NCBI GenBank assembly: GCA_051294375.1
Contig: CM119268.1
Location: 107,437-171,436 of the forward strand
DNA: 64,000 bases
Direction of reading: 5' to 3'
From: Paraspadella gotoi
Lineage: Eukaryota > Animalia > Chaetognatha
Part shown: positions 37,901-50,700 of the stretch, in pieces
How positions within the stretch are numbered: the stretch's first letter is position 1
Layout of the letters: the number at the start of each line of letters is the position of its first letter
Program-made: the position numbers and the translations under genes
Notes under the pieces: generated by a model
What the model was told of the DNA's origin: nothing
The model's input: only the letters and a program-made list of their open reading frames with translations
The model's database searches: none

Positions 37901-39978
37901 AGTCCTGGTGCAACAAAGGAGAGGGTACCCAGGGAACGTGATGCGAAGTACGCAAGGCGTTGAACAAGGATCCTGTTCGACAGTGAAGCACAGGTGAAAC
38001 GTCAGAAAAGTCCACCAGAGGTAAAAATATATATGCGACTGAAGAAGATGTGTGATTTCGAACTACGTTACAAAGATTTAGAGTGAACTCATCTCTCTTT
38101 CTTCAATTTCTCTCTCTCTCTCTCGTCTCTCTCTTCTCTCTCTACTCTCTCTCTTTCTCTGCTCTCTCCTCTCTCTCTCTCTCGCATTTCCTACTGTCTC
38201 AGAACTTTCCTCTCTCTCATCTCTCTCAATCTCCTCTTCTCCTTCTCTACTCTCCAAAAGTAGAGATAGAGGGTGACAAAGATTTGTGAAAGAAAAGCCA
38301 AAAAAAATAGAAAATCCCTATTTCATATTCTCCAAAAAAATCCGAGACGACGATATGATGAACGACAAAGACGATGACACGACGATTGACATGTGACGAC
38401 GACGATGACGACGGCTGACGACGATAAATAATGAACCTGATGACTACGAAAAGACAACATGAATAGGCCATTCAGTTTTAATTTTTCATTATCAATTGTT
38501 TTTTAAATTGTTATTGAAATTTTACACTTATAATTCAGAACTTTATTAAATGCCTTGATCTTTTTTTTTTCAAAGTTTAAAATACTAAATAAAAATAATT
38601 AAAACTAAGAGACGGCGATAACTAATAAGTCTTGCGCCGCATGCTTTCTATAACGTGTTTGTTCGACGCGCACTGCATTCAGAATTGTTTTTTATTCTTA
38701 TTTTTAAAAAGGAGAGGTGGCGGCTAGAAGTCGCTCTAGATTCAACGTTCAGCAAAAATAACAAAAAAAAACTAAGTTAAACTTGGTGTCGATTTTTTAT
38801 GCATGTTATCATTCTTGTCAACTCACCAGTATGATATATATGCATGGTACAGGACTACGATCTTTATGCCACAATAATGAATTTACAAAACAACTTAAAA
38901 CCTTAGAACAGCCTTCAGCCTTTTTGTTACAATGTTTTTGATGCCAATTACTGCTCTTCTGAGTAGTTACAAATTTGTGTTAATATCGGTTTTGTTTATT
39001 ACAATAAAAAAATATGAACTTGACTATTGAACGACATCTTCTTTCACATGTAAGTGGGGTCAGACAACTGACCAAACAAGTGACTTTTCATAGATTGATC
39101 CGTGAATTACTCTCGCTTACTAACAAGCTATTAGCTAAAATATTATTGATAGGAACGTTGAAAATAACAGGCGAACGATAACAGCCGACGACACGACGAC
39201 GACCCGATGATGACGACAACCTATTTTTCAATGCCGCAAGAAAGCATCAGATCGATAGTTATATCAGTCCCTTAAAGTGAATCGTAACAAAGTGATTTTA
39301 GAGAGGCTGATCCCTCCCAAAACAAAGGGTTTCTACCCAAATTAAACAAGAAATAAGAACGAACAGACGAGAGACTCAGGATGGCGAAAGACCCGACAGA
39401 AAAGAGAGAGAACAGACGCAGACGACACCGTTCAACAACATCACCGGCCCAACAATAATGAGTACGCCAACCACGTGAACCCCCCCACACCCCATACCAC
39501 ACCACGCCCACACAGTGCCACCAGCGCGCCCATCACCCCTAACAGAGAGAGGATGAGAGATGGAGATCACACCCCAGCCCCATGTACCCTCGCAAACTGA
39601 GAGACGAGAGACCCGAGAAAAGAGGAGCCATAGAGAGAGTGATAAGACGAGGATCAATTCAAGTAATTTAGTATAAAAACACTCAAATTAAGATAAATAA
39701 TAAATTAGATGAATTAATATGTCTTGAATGATTGTACATTAAATTTTTTACTCTGGAAGGGAGGAGAAAAAGCAGGAGGAACAGGAGGAGCGAAAGGAGG
39801 CAGATAGGACGGAGGAAAGAGGAGAGGCCCACCTCTTTTTTGAGAAAATTGAAAAGAAAACGGGCGCGTACTTGTTTTTATTGTCGAGAGATTTAGAAAG
39901 GAGGAGAGAAAAGTGAGAAAGGAGAGAAAGGAGACTAATAAAGAAAAGCCAGAAAAGATAAATGAATCCTCTCTCTTT
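37900..39978. repeat. Large repeated unit, copy 1 (partial, error-rich)
   Basis: Noisy match to about 40020-41870 (e.g. GACAAAGATTTGTGAAAGAAAAGCC, GAATAGGCCATTCAG, GGCTGATCCCTC); ends at a gap before the gene. Confidence 0.85.
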
Positions 39979-40288
39979 NNNNNNNNNNNNNNNNNNNNNN
40001 NNNAGTGAGAGGGGTGTTGAAGGGGTCCTGGTGAAGTGAGAGGAAAGTCAGAGTCACCAGAGGTAAATTTATGCGACTGAAGAAATGTGTGATTGAACCG
40101 TTAAAAGATTTAGAAGTGACTCTCTTTCTTTCTCTCTCTTCTCTCTCTCTTCTCTTCTCTTCTCTCTCTCTCCTCCTCTCTCTCTTCTCTCTCTCTCGCT
40201 TTCTCTGTCTCGCTTCTCTCTCTCTCTCTCTTCTCTCGCTTTCTCTGTCTCGCTTTCTCTCTCTCTCTCTCTCTCCTCCTCTCTCTCT

Positions 40289-40335
<47 letters not shown>

Positions 40336-40789
40336 TCTCTCTCTCTCTTCTCTCTCTTCTCTCTCTTCTCTCTCTCTCTCTCTCTCTCTCTCGCTTTCTC
40401 TGTCTCGCTTTCTCTCTCTCTCTCTCTCTCTCCAAAATAGAGAGAGAGGGTGACAAAGATTTGTGAAAGAAAAGCCAAAAAAATAGAAAATCCCTATTTA
40501 TTTCTCCAAAAACGAGGACGACGATGATGATGACGACGACGAAAATGACGATGACGACGACGATGACGATGATGACGACGACGATGACGACGGTGACGAC
40601 GATAATAATGACGATGACTACGAAGACAACATGAATAGGCCATTCAGTTTTAATTTTTCATTTACAATTGTTTTAAATTGTATTGCAATTTTACACTTTA
40701 CATTCAGAACTTTTATTAAATGCCTTGATCTTTTTTTTTTCAAAGTTTAAAATACTAAATAAAAATAATTAAAATAAGAACGGCGATAC

Positions 40790-41265
40790 TAATAAGTCTT
40801 GCGCCGCATGACTTTCTCATCACGTGTTTGTTCGACGCGCACTGCATCGGAATTTGTTTTTATTCTTATTTTTAAAAAGGAGAGGTGGCGCTAGAAGTCG
40901 CTTAGATTCAACGTTCAGCAAAAATAACAAAAGAAAAACTAAGTTAAACTGGTGTTGAATTTTTTATCATGTTATCAATTTTGTAACTTCACAAGTATGA
41001 TATATATGCATGTTAAAGGACCTACATTTTATGCCAAATATGAATTTAAAAAAACTTAAAAACTTAGATACAGTTCCAGTTTTTTTACATTGTTTTTGAT
41101 GCCATTACTGTTTTAGTATTCAATTGTGTTAATATCGGTTTTGTTATTAATATAAAAAAATATGAACTTACTTGAAGTATTTTTAATGTAAGTGGGTCAG
41201 ACCAACTGACCAAAAAGTGACTCTTTTAGATTTGATCCGTGAATACTCTCGGTTACTAAAAGCAT
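40790..41265 (-). mobile_element. Diverged HINE-like element, family X (copies in each unit: about 38625-39130, 51620-52090, 63680-end)
   Basis: TTGCGCCGCATGAC...GCACTGCATC...GGTGGCGCTAGAAGTCGCTTAGATT...AAAAGTGACT is homologous to the 18312-18673 element. Confidence 0.55.
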
Positions 41266-41473
41266 TAGCTAAAATATTATATAGAGGACGTTGAAATACA
41301 GGCGGAGATAACAGCGACGACAACGACGACGACGATGATGACGACAACTATTTTCAATGCGCAGAAAGCATCGATCGAAGATTATTCAGGTCGTAAAGTG
41401 AATCGCTAACAAAGTGATTTTGAGAGAGGCTGATCCCTCGAAAAAGGGGTTTCTATTAAAAGAAAAAAAGAAC

Positions 41474-41535
<62 letters not shown>

Positions 41536-42019
41536 AGGAGCAATAGAGAGAGTGATAAGACGAGGATCAATTCAGTAATTTAGTATAAAAACAATAAATA
41601 AATAAATAAATAAATTAATGAATTAATATGTTTGTTGATTGTACATAATTTTTACTCTGGAAGGGGAGGAGGAAAAAGGAGGAGGAAGAGGAGGAGGAAA
41701 AGGAGGAGTAGGAGGAGGAAGAGGAGGAGGCCCACCTCTTTTCTGAGAAAATTGAGAAAGAAAAACGGGCTACTTTGTTTTTATTGGTCGAAGATTTAAA
41801 AGGAGGAGAGAAAAAGTGAAGAAAGGGAGAAAAGGAGATAAATAAAGAAAAGAGAAAAGATAAGATGATAAAGAAGATAAAAAAAATATTAAAACATTAG
41901 ATGATGGAAAAATGAATTACAAGGATAAAAGTTTTTTAGGTAAAAGTTAACTAGCAAAATTCAGATCTATTTATTTTGATAATGCTTATAATAAAATTTT
42001 AAAACAAGAACGGTAATTC

Positions 42020-42274
42020 AAATGCGTTAACATGACTACAATGACTTTCTTAGTCCATGAATTTATGACATGAACTTCATCAGAATGACGTATTTTGTTT
42101 TTTCTAGTTTTAGGATTTCCTAAAGGCGGCGCTAGTAGTCACTTAAATTAAATCGTACAACCCAACTATATCCAAGTTATGAGACAGACAGACATACCGA
42201 CGGACCGACAGACCGAGCGACCGAAAAGTGACTTATAGAGTTGCTCCGCGTGTACTCACGGCGCAACTAAAAAG
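42020..42274 (-). mobile_element. DINE-1/HINE-like non-autonomous element, family X (duplicate at about 52873-53130)
   Basis: Minus strand starts TTTTT-AGTTGCGCCGTGAGTACACGCGGAGCAACT (hairpin)-CTATAAGTCACTTT then a GTCY/GTCG microsatellite, matching the DINE-1/HINE layout. Confidence 0.65.
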
Positions 42275-42486
42275 CGCCTTTTTTCAAAATCTATTCTATT
42301 TGATATGTAGCTTTTTGTTCTAAACTTCTGTTGACATCGCCCCGGTCAAAAGAATTGATGAGTCAATATTTTATTTATATTTATTAATCATGAGATTAAA
42401 AAAATATTTAAAGTAATTTTGTTAATTGATTAGTGGTGTTATTAGAAATTTAAAAATAAGGAAATAGAAAAAACGCTAATAGAAAA

Positions 42487-44727
42487 TTAAACATGTAAAA
42501 GTAAAATCACAGAAGGAATAATCAAAAAAACTAAACAAGATCCATCTGCAAATGTTGTGAATTGATCGTCAATGAGTGAAGAATAATTAATCACATTGTG
42601 ATATTGATCATTTCTAAAAGAATACAGCTTTTCACGACAATGGTCGATGGCCCCTTTTTGCAAAGTGACATCTCTACAACATCCGAGCAGATAGTAAACG
42701 TCCGCCAATAATTGTATCAGTTCTTGATTATCAAAAATCTTTCCTTGCTTGGCTTTCGTTTTATCTCCGAGGTTTTTTAATAAAAAATATAAACAAATAT
42801 AAAATAAAACTATAAACAAAAGCCAAATTATTTTTCGAAAAAACTCCGCTTTTTGGGATTTTCTTTTGATTACAAAATAAGGATTAAAAATTGGTAAAAA
42901 AGATGCGCAAATGAAAAAGAAAAAACCTTCGTTTAAAATGTAATAACCGTAAAATTTATTAATTGTTTCGTCTGATGATATAGATTTAACTGGACCATCA
43001 TAAGGGTTAGTCATACCACACAAATTCTTGGCTTCTTTTTTTAAATCTCTTATAACTTTCGGACCTCGAATAAATATCAAAGTTATCGCTGGTAAAAACA
43101 GAGAAAAGATAGAAAAAATGAATGCTACTATAATCTGTTTTCGTTGGTTAAATCTTTTTAGAATAAAATTTTGTTGGAATAACAAAAGGATCATTAACAA
43201 TCCTAATGGAAAAACCTGGGATATTAATTTATTTAATGGGTTAGATTTTTGTACATTAAGCCACACCATTGTTGTGAAAAAGGCAATAGATTCAAAACAC
43301 AATATATAATTGAGTAGATTCTTTGTAAAAATCAATAATAAGAAAGAATCGAACAAATTTAAAATTAATTCCAATCCGAGGAGAAAAAATATTGTCTGTC
43401 CTTGCGTATAAAATAAAGCGCTATTTCCAACAATTAACAACATATTATGACCCCTTATATTTTCCACTAGAGAATAATCAATATTTTCCTGTTTTTGAAT
43501 TGTTAAAAAGAAATCAGTAAATGCTTTGTGCCAAGTATCCACTCGCCCGGGAAAATCTGGCCTTATATTTGAAGTAAAAATTGTTTCGTTGTTACGAAAC
43601 TGAAGTCTTAAAATTGAAAAAGACATAAAAGGCAGAATTTTATTTCTCTGATCAGCAACGCCAAATCTTAAGCTGAAACTATAATAATCCTTAGCCAGTT
43701 TATCATGATTTTCATATGTGAGACTAACAGCTAAAATAAAAAAATTGTATAAAATCATAATCAAATTTTGTACCCAATCATTCTTAAGGACTTGAATGTT
43801 CTTTATATTCAGATAATTTTGACATTGCCACATTGATATTAAAATAAATTTAAGTTGAGTTACTGTAAAAACTCTTAATATTAAAAATGGACATAAAACT
43901 GCAAACCAAAAGGAATTTTTCCACACATTTGAATAAATAAAATACAATCCTAAAGATAGACCCACAGTTTCTTGAACACAACTCGATACAAAGCAAAGGC
44001 TTCTAAATTTCCCGGACAAGTCACCTAACCGAAGTTTAGAAGAAGCAATTGCCACAGATATTGTTGATACAGCAGCAGAAAATAGAGCAAAATATTCTTT
44101 AACTCGCCAAGTGCAGACATATTCTACTCCCGGCTGAAACAAAGAAGACTTTTTGCACAAACACTTAAAATTTTGCCTTGTAATTGTATTATTACCAAGA
44201 CGGTAATAACAAATTCCGTTTACACTCTCACTATCGTTAAATACTTGAAGAAAATTTGGTAAACATTGTTCGTCGTTTTCAAATGTCATAATATAAACAG
44301 AGACTGCAGTTTGCAAAAGCATCTGTAAAAAAGATTCTAAAATGACATGTGTGTAATTCAAAACAAAGAGATAGTTTTCTTTGAACTTAATCGGTTCAAG
44401 CTTTTGACTTTTTTTAGTCAAGTTTAAATCCATTGATATTGGAATTGAACCAAGGCCAGTAATAAAACAGAAAACAGTTAAACTTTTTTTCACTTTAGTT
44501 TTCCAAATTTCAGGAAAATAGTTTCCATGTTGTTTCAAAATGTACAAACCAAAAAATGCAGAGACAAGATTATGAAACATTATTATAAATAGGGAGGCCA
44601 GGCCGAAATTTCTTATTGTGTGAACTTGAGATGTTAAATTATCAAACATAGTTTTAAGATCAGTTGCCACATCAACTATTCCAAGAATTGTAGTTATCAC
44701 TAATTCAATCTTTTCAAATTGTAACAT
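42487..44727 (-). CDS. XK-related (Xkr/scramblase-like) multi-pass membrane protein, 746 aa, uninterrupted CDS
   Basis: Only long non-repetitive ORF in an AT-rich region. GIVDVATDL resembles the XK TM1 DxxTD motif, VILESFLQMLLQ resembles the XK ESxPQLxLQ motif, and SAAVSTISVA resembles the SxxSxxS helix. Many hydrophobic helices. Coding status is strong; family assignment is by eye only. Confidence 0.8.
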   Translation of the reverse strand: MLQFEKIELVITTILGIVDVATDLKTMFDNLTSQVHTIRNFGLASLFIIMFHNLVSAFFGLYILKQHGNYFPEIWKTKVKKSLTVFCFITGLGSIPISMDLNLTKKSQKLEPIKFKENYLFVLNYTHVILESFLQMLLQTAVSVYIMTFENDEQCLPNFLQVFNDSESVNGICYYRLGNNTITRQNFKCLCKKSSLFQPGVEYVCTWRVKEYFALFSAAVSTISVAIASSKLRLGDLSGKFRSLCFVSSCVQETVGLSLGLYFIYSNVWKNSFWFAVLCPFLILRVFTVTQLKFILISMWQCQNYLNIKNIQVLKNDWVQNLIMILYNFFILAVSLTYENHDKLAKDYYSFSLRFGVADQRNKILPFMSFSILRLQFRNNETIFTSNIRPDFPGRVDTWHKAFTDFFLTIQKQENIDYSLVENIRGHNMLLIVGNSALFYTQGQTIFFLLGLELILNLFDSFLLLIFTKNLLNYILCFESIAFFTTMVWLNVQKSNPLNKLISQVFPLGLLMILLLFQQNFILKRFNQRKQIIVAFIFSIFSLFLPAITLIFIRGPKVIRDLKKEAKNLCGMTNPYDGPVKSISSDETINKFYGYYILNEGFFFFICASFLPIFNPYFVIKRKSQKAEFFRKIIWLLFIVLFYICLYFLLKNLGDKTKAKQGKIFDNQELIQLLADVYYLLGCCRDVTLQKGAIDHCREKLYSFRNDQYHNVINYSSLIDDQFTTFADGSCLVFLIIPSVILLLHV

Positions 44728-45014
44728 TTTTTCTCAGTTTTATGAAATATCGAATTTGACGATAAACTTATTTGGTTGCAGACTAAATCTACATATACGA
44801 GTAATATAGAAATTATCTTGCCTTCTAATTATGAATTTTAAATTCAGTGCGATGAGATGCAAGACTTGCTCACGTGGGTTAAGATATTTCTGAAAAGAAA
44901 AAAAAAACAAATCGATTTTAAAAGAACAACAAGTAAAATTACATTATTATATTGATAAAATTTTGATCTAAATAATTTTTTAATAATATTTTATCAATAC
45001 ATCATCAATACACG

Positions 45015-45057
45015 AGTCTCTTTGGAGGTGTGGGTTCGAATCTTACCGCTGTCACCA
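45015..45057 (+). pseudogene. 3'-half tRNA-Leu fragment with encoded CCA
   Basis: AGTCTCTTTGGAGGTGTGGGTTCGAATCTTACCGCTGTCA-CCA matches the variable arm, T arm and acceptor 3' strand of tRNA-Leu (AAG/TAG type); no 5' half. Confidence 0.75.
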
Positions 45058-45119
45058 CATTTAAGGAAAGACTCATGGATTTTTAGGTTGAAATCAATAC
45101 GATTTTATTCTGAGGGAAT

Positions 45120-45430
45120 AAACGTGACGGCGAGACGCGCGCAGGAGTCTTGATCAATGCTACTGAAACTAGAACAAGCTAAGTCTATTTATAACTAAGG
45201 AAGAGAATCGGCGACGTGGGTAAAAATTACAGTTCCAATGATTCTGCAAGCTGATTGGTCGATTGCGGTTCCATGCTTGACCAATCAGGATTCAGCGATT
45301 CCATTTCCGCGGAGATCGATTTGCTTTAGGTGACTTGACACTCCTGCGATGACATAAGGAACCAGATATGAAATCTCGATTGCGAAAATGTGGTGAATGA
45401 AAAACTGGCGAACGCGTCAAATATATAAAA
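45120..45430 (-). promoter_or_regulatory. Candidate promoter of the XK-like gene (CpG-richer patch with opposed CCAAT boxes)
   Basis: CTGATTGGTC and GACCAATCAG at about 45251 and 45279, 400-700 bp upstream of the ATG; a minus-strand polypyrimidine-CAG acceptor at about 44890-44910 suggests a 5' UTR intron. Confidence 0.35.
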
Positions 45431-46894
45431 GATAAAGACGAATATTTCTCGACTGATAGAGATAAATGTCATTGATATCATGATGTCATGATGTCCTAGA
45501 TATTTCGGTCTCCATTTTAATGTCAGAAGAAAAAAAGTTCAGATCTGATGTCAAATGTCAATTGTTTGACATTTTAAGTCTCTACCGCCAAAAATCGACC
45601 GGGATATGTATCGCACATTATCCACGGTAACTACAGTGACCNNNNNNNNNNNNNNNNNNNNNNNNNNNNNNNNNNNNNNNNNNNNNNNNNNNNNNNNNNN
45701 NNNNNNNNNNNNNNNNNNNNNNNNNNNNNNNNNNNNNNNNNNNNNNNNNNNNNNNNNNNNNNNNNNNNNNNNNNNNNNNNNNNNNNNNNTTGTGCTCGTG
45801 TGATAACTGTTACTCACGCTATTGTTAAGACGTCATCTTTTTTATTTATTTTCTAAATGAAAATAAAAAAAAATGGTTGGCGAAAAAAAAAATGACGACC
45901 AGAACTAAAACCAAATAACAGAAAAGTTGATTTTGGATCCAAAAAGATTTTCTTTCTTTTTTTTCTCATTTTTTTTTACTGGAATCAATTTCAATTTTTA
46001 TTAATTTTTTATCGAGCGAAAAAAATTAGCCTTTTTTTAATTAAGTTTTCAGGAGGTAGAGGGAGATGAAAAACTAGCACTATTTTCTGAAAGCGCCCAA
46101 TTTTTATCCTAATCCCTAAACTTAATTTTAAGCTTGATATTTAACTAACCCTAAATCCTAAACACTAAACCCTAAACTCTCCTCCTAATCCTAAACCTTA
46201 ATTATTAAATTTAATCTCAAACCCTATTCCTTCACAAAACCCTCAACCCTTAAATCAAATCACAAACTATTTTTTTTATTAGTTTAAATGAAATGAGGAA
46301 GTTTCCGGAATATAGGACCGAAAAGGGCAGTAAGGAGGGGAAAATTAGGAAGAGGAGGAGGAAGAGGAATCGGTTCTGAATGGAGAAGCGAGAAAGTGAA
46401 TCGTGAAAAATCTAGTAAAAACTTTATGAATTTTTAACATAATAAATATTAATAAATATTTATAGTTATTTATGTAGGAATTTTTAAAATATAATTTAAA
46501 ACATAATTATTTATTGATTATTATTTATTTTAATTATTTTATGTATGAATTTCAGCTAAAATTTTTTGGAAAAAAAAAACAAAAGGCGAAAAGATCGTCT
46601 TCTGTCGTTTTATCTTAGAACGAAACATTTTTTGTTGAACGTAACAACGACGAAGACGACGACGACAACGACTGCCACTAAATACGATAACATTGAACAT
46701 TTTTCTAAGAGAAAGAGAGAGAGAGAGGGAGATAGGGGAGGAGGAGAAATAACATTGAACATTAATCCAAGTGGAGCTTTAAAAGTGACTTAGATAACTC
46801 AGATGTGTTTTTAAGTTACTGAAAAAGGTTTAAACTAATTGAAACTTTTGTGTTAGGTATTCGGTTTGAGCTATTGAGGCTCGGTGTGGACGAA

Positions 46895-46948
<54 letters not shown>

Positions 46949-47397
46949 TTTCTTTTTTTTTTTCTGTGTCTACTTTTTGGGTGATCTTGAAAAAAAAATG
47001 GAAAGATTTTATGAGAACGAAAGTCGAAAAGAATCTTTGGTCTGAATGAATCAAGATTTTCGTCTTTTGTTAGATACAAAAAAGAGGAGGGCAAATAGAC
47101 AGACAGATTGACTGAAAGGCAGACAGACAGATAGACAAAGAACAAAAAACTGTCTTGTTGAAGAATGAAATAAAAAAATAAAGAAAGAAATAAAAAAAGA
47201 AAGAAAGAAAAATTAGTCAATTAACAAAATAATGAATGAATATTTGTCAGAAAGAAAAAGATATACACAATATACTAGAGAAAGAAAAAAATGTAAAATA
47301 GAATAGTTTATTTCTATTTTTTGGGATTGTTGATTGCATTAACATGAAAAAGGAAGAAAAAAAAGCGAAAAATAAGAATTCTAAACAAAAAAAGGAA

Positions 47398-47449
<52 letters not shown>

Positions 47450-47639
47450 GCTTACTGACAATCAAGACAACGTTTGACTTTTTTTAGGAAATTTAATAAA
47501 AAAAATAATTAAAATTAAACAAACAAGTTTTTATTTAATTTGTCAAAAATCATTTTACTTTTCATTCCATTAACGCGTCGCAAAATAACCCAACATTATG
47601 TATACACGTATGCCACGAAATATTGATTTAAGAGGCTCT

Positions 47640-47693
<54 letters not shown>

Positions 47694-47775
47694 TAAGAAT
47701 CCTTTTAACATTCCAGTCTTTTTATCGAGCCATGACCGGGGAAGCCGGTTNNNNNNNNNNNNNNNNNNNNNNNNN

Positions 47776-50700
47776 CGTGAGGAGAGGTAGGGCGGGATTG
47801 AGGTAAGCGCGTATGAAGTGAGAGAGGTGGTTGATGTGATGCGTTGAGTGAGACATGTGGGTGGGGTGAGTGAGAGGTTGAGGGTGGTGAAGTGAAGGGT
47901 GGAGGGTCGAGTGGAGTGAAGGGGGTGATGAGAGGGGTGTTGAAGGGGTCGGGTGGAGGGGCGATGAGGTGAGGTGAAGGGGTGGAAGTGAAGGGTGGTT
48001 TTGAAGGGGTCCTGAGTAGGTGTTGAAGGTGATGGGAGAGGGTTGTGAGTCGGTGAAGTGAGAGGGGGAGGGCGTGATGAAAGTGAGAGGGGTTGTTGAA
48101 GGGTGTCGTGGTGAAGTGAGAGGGGTGTTGAAGGGTCGTGTGAAGTAGAGGGTGTTGAAGGGACGTGATGAATCTAAGAGAAGAGGTGTTGAGAGGGTCG
48201 ATGGTGAAGTGAGAGGGATTGTTGAAGGGGTCTGATGAAGTAAGAAGGGGTGTTAGAAGGGGTTCGTGTTGAAGTGAGAGGGTGTTGAAGGGGTCGTGGT
48301 TGAAGTGAGATGGGTGTTGAAGGGACGTGTAGTTGGAGATTGACGAGTGAAGGAGAGGTGTTGACGGGGTCGTGGTGAAGTGGAAGGAGGGGTGTTGAGT
48401 GAGAGGGGGTAAGTCGTGTGATGAGATGAGAGGGGTGTTGAAGGGGTCTTGGTGAAGTGAGAGGTTTGGAAGGGTGAGTGTTGTGAAGGTGTTCGAGCTG
48501 AAGGGTGAAGTCGTGGTGAAGTGAGGGGGTGAGGGGTGAGAGGGGTGAAGGGTTTCCTGTGAAGTGAGAGGGTGTTGAAGGGTCGGTAGTAGGGTTGAAC
48601 GGAGTGAGAGCGGGTGTTGAAGGGGTCGTGGTGAAGTGAGGTTGAAGGGAGTGATAAATGAGAGGGAGGGTCCTGGTTAAGTGAGAGGGTTGTTGAAGGG
48701 TCGTGGGGAAGTGAGAGGGGTGTTGAAGGGGCGTCGGGGTGGAAGTGAGAGGGGTGTTGAAGGGGTCAGTGTGAAAGTTAAGAGGGGTGTTTGAAGGGGG
48801 ATCGTGATGAAGTAGAAGAGGGTGTTGAAGGTGGTCGGGTGAGTGAAGGTGATGAGGCTGTGAAGTAGAGGTGTTGAAGGGCGTCGTGAATGAAGAAGAG
48901 GGGTGTTTGAAGGGGTCGTGGTAAAGTGAGAGGGTGTTGAAGGGGTCGTGGTGAAGTAGAGGGTGTTGAAGGGAGTCGATGAAGGTGAAGTGTAAGGAGC
49001 GTTGGTGAGTAAGGGGTTGTAAGGGGTCGGAAGTGGGGGTGTAAGAGGTCGTGGTGTGAATTGAGAGGTGTTGAGGGGTCGTGGTGAAGTGAGAGAGGTG
49101 TGAAGGGGTCGTGGTGAAGTGAGAGGGGTGTTGAAGGGGTCGTGGTGAAGTTGAGAGAGTGGTTGAAGGGGTCGGGGAGGGTTGAGCGAGGGAGTTGAGT
49201 GTGGAAGTGAGGAGGGAGGGCGGGTAGTAATGAATGGTGTCTGTGAAAGGTAGAGGGGTTGAAGCGGTTAAGTATAGAGGGGTGTTGAAGGGGGACGTGA
49301 GAGTGGAGTGAAGTGGGTGAGTGAGAGGTTGTTGAAGGGGTCTGAAGTAGGTGTTTGAGGGTTGAAGTGAGAGGGGTGTTGAAGGGGTCGTGCGTGAAGT
49401 GAGAGGGGTGTTGAAGGGGTCCGTGAGTGAAGTGAGAGGTGTTGAAGGGGTCGTGGTGAAGTGAAGAGGGTGGTTGAAGGGGTCGTGATTGAATAAGAGG
49501 GGTGTTGAAGTGGATGGTGATGTGAGGGTCTAGAAGTGATAGGGCTGTTGAAGGGCCGTGGTGAAGTGAGAGGGTGTTGAAGGGGTCGTGTGAAGTGAGA
49601 GGGGTGTGAAGGGTCGTGATGAAGTTGAGAGGAGGTGTTGAAGGGGTTCGTGGTTGAAATGAGAGGGGTGTTGAAGGGGTACGTGGATGGAAGTAGGAGA
49701 GAGGTGTTAAGCGAGGTCGGGTGAAGATGAAGGGGTGTTGAAGGGGTCACGTGGGAATATGAGAGGGTGTTGAAGGGGTCGTGATGTGAAGTGTGAGGAG
49801 TGGAGAGGGGTGTGATGTAAGAGGGTAAGGGTCGTGGTGAATGAGAGGGGTGTTGAAGGGGTCGTGGTGAAGTGAGAGGGGTAGGAGTTGAGTAGGAGGT
49901 GTTGAAGTGTGAATGAGGGGATGTTTGAAGGGGTCGTGGTGAAGTGAGGAGGTTTGAGGGTCGTGTGATGAGAGGCCGTCTACGTGATGAAGGGGGTGTT
50001 AATGAGGGGTGTTCGAACGGGGTCGTGGTGAAGTGAGAGGGGTGTTGAAGGGGACGTGATGAGTGAGAGGGGTGTTGTGAAGGGGTCGTGGTGAAGTGAG
50101 AGGGGTGTTGAAGGGTTCGTGTGAAGTGAGAGGGGTTGTTGAAGGGTCGGGGTTGAAAGGAGAGGGGTTTTGAAGGGGTCCGTGATGAGAGGGTGTTGAA
50201 GTGAGATCGTGGTGAGTGAAGGAGCGTGTGTGAAGGAGTGTGGTTGAGGTATGTGAAGGAGGGGGTGTTGAAGGGGTCGTGGTGAGTTGAGAGGGTTGTA
50301 ACGTTGAAGTGGAGACGTTGAGTGTAGGTGAAGTGGAGGATGTTGAAGGGGGTGAAGTCAGGGCCTGTAAGCGGGAAGTGAGGGGGTGTGGGTCGTAAGT
50401 GAGGGAGGGGTCTGGTGAGTGAGAGGGTTGAAGTCGTGAATAGAGTTGAAGGATGTAGAGGGTGAAAGGGGTGTAAATGTAGGTTAAGGGGTCCTGGTGA
50501 TGGGGTGGTGTGATGAAGTGTAGGAGGGGTGTTGAAGGAATGGGAGCGATTGCGTGAATGAAAGGGGTGTTGGAGAGTCGTGGTAAGTAGAGGGGTGTTA
50601 GGGTCGTGATGAAGTGAGAGGGGTGTTGAAGGGGTCGTGGTTGAATTGAGAGGGGTGTTGAAGGGGTACGTTGTTGAAGTGAGAGGGGTGTTGAAGGGGT

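Larger units (their letters stand above)
40004..47750. repeat. Large repeated unit, copy 2 (satellite junction, CT tract, GAC tract, HINEs, XK-like gene, upstream region); bounded by 25-N gaps
   Basis: Near-identical to 50890-58536 throughout; starts GTGAGAGGAAAGTCAGAGTCACCAGAGG and ends GAAGCCGGTT. Confidence 0.9.

Noticed and set aside
34850-37990. Apparent unique spacers or ORFs within the 31-bp satellite
   Set aside because: Irregular insertion-rich decay of the same monomer, typical of low-accuracy long-read sequence; no constant repeat-spacer period.
43028-43309. 93-aa + strand ORF
   Set aside because: Antisense shadow of the XK-like CDS.
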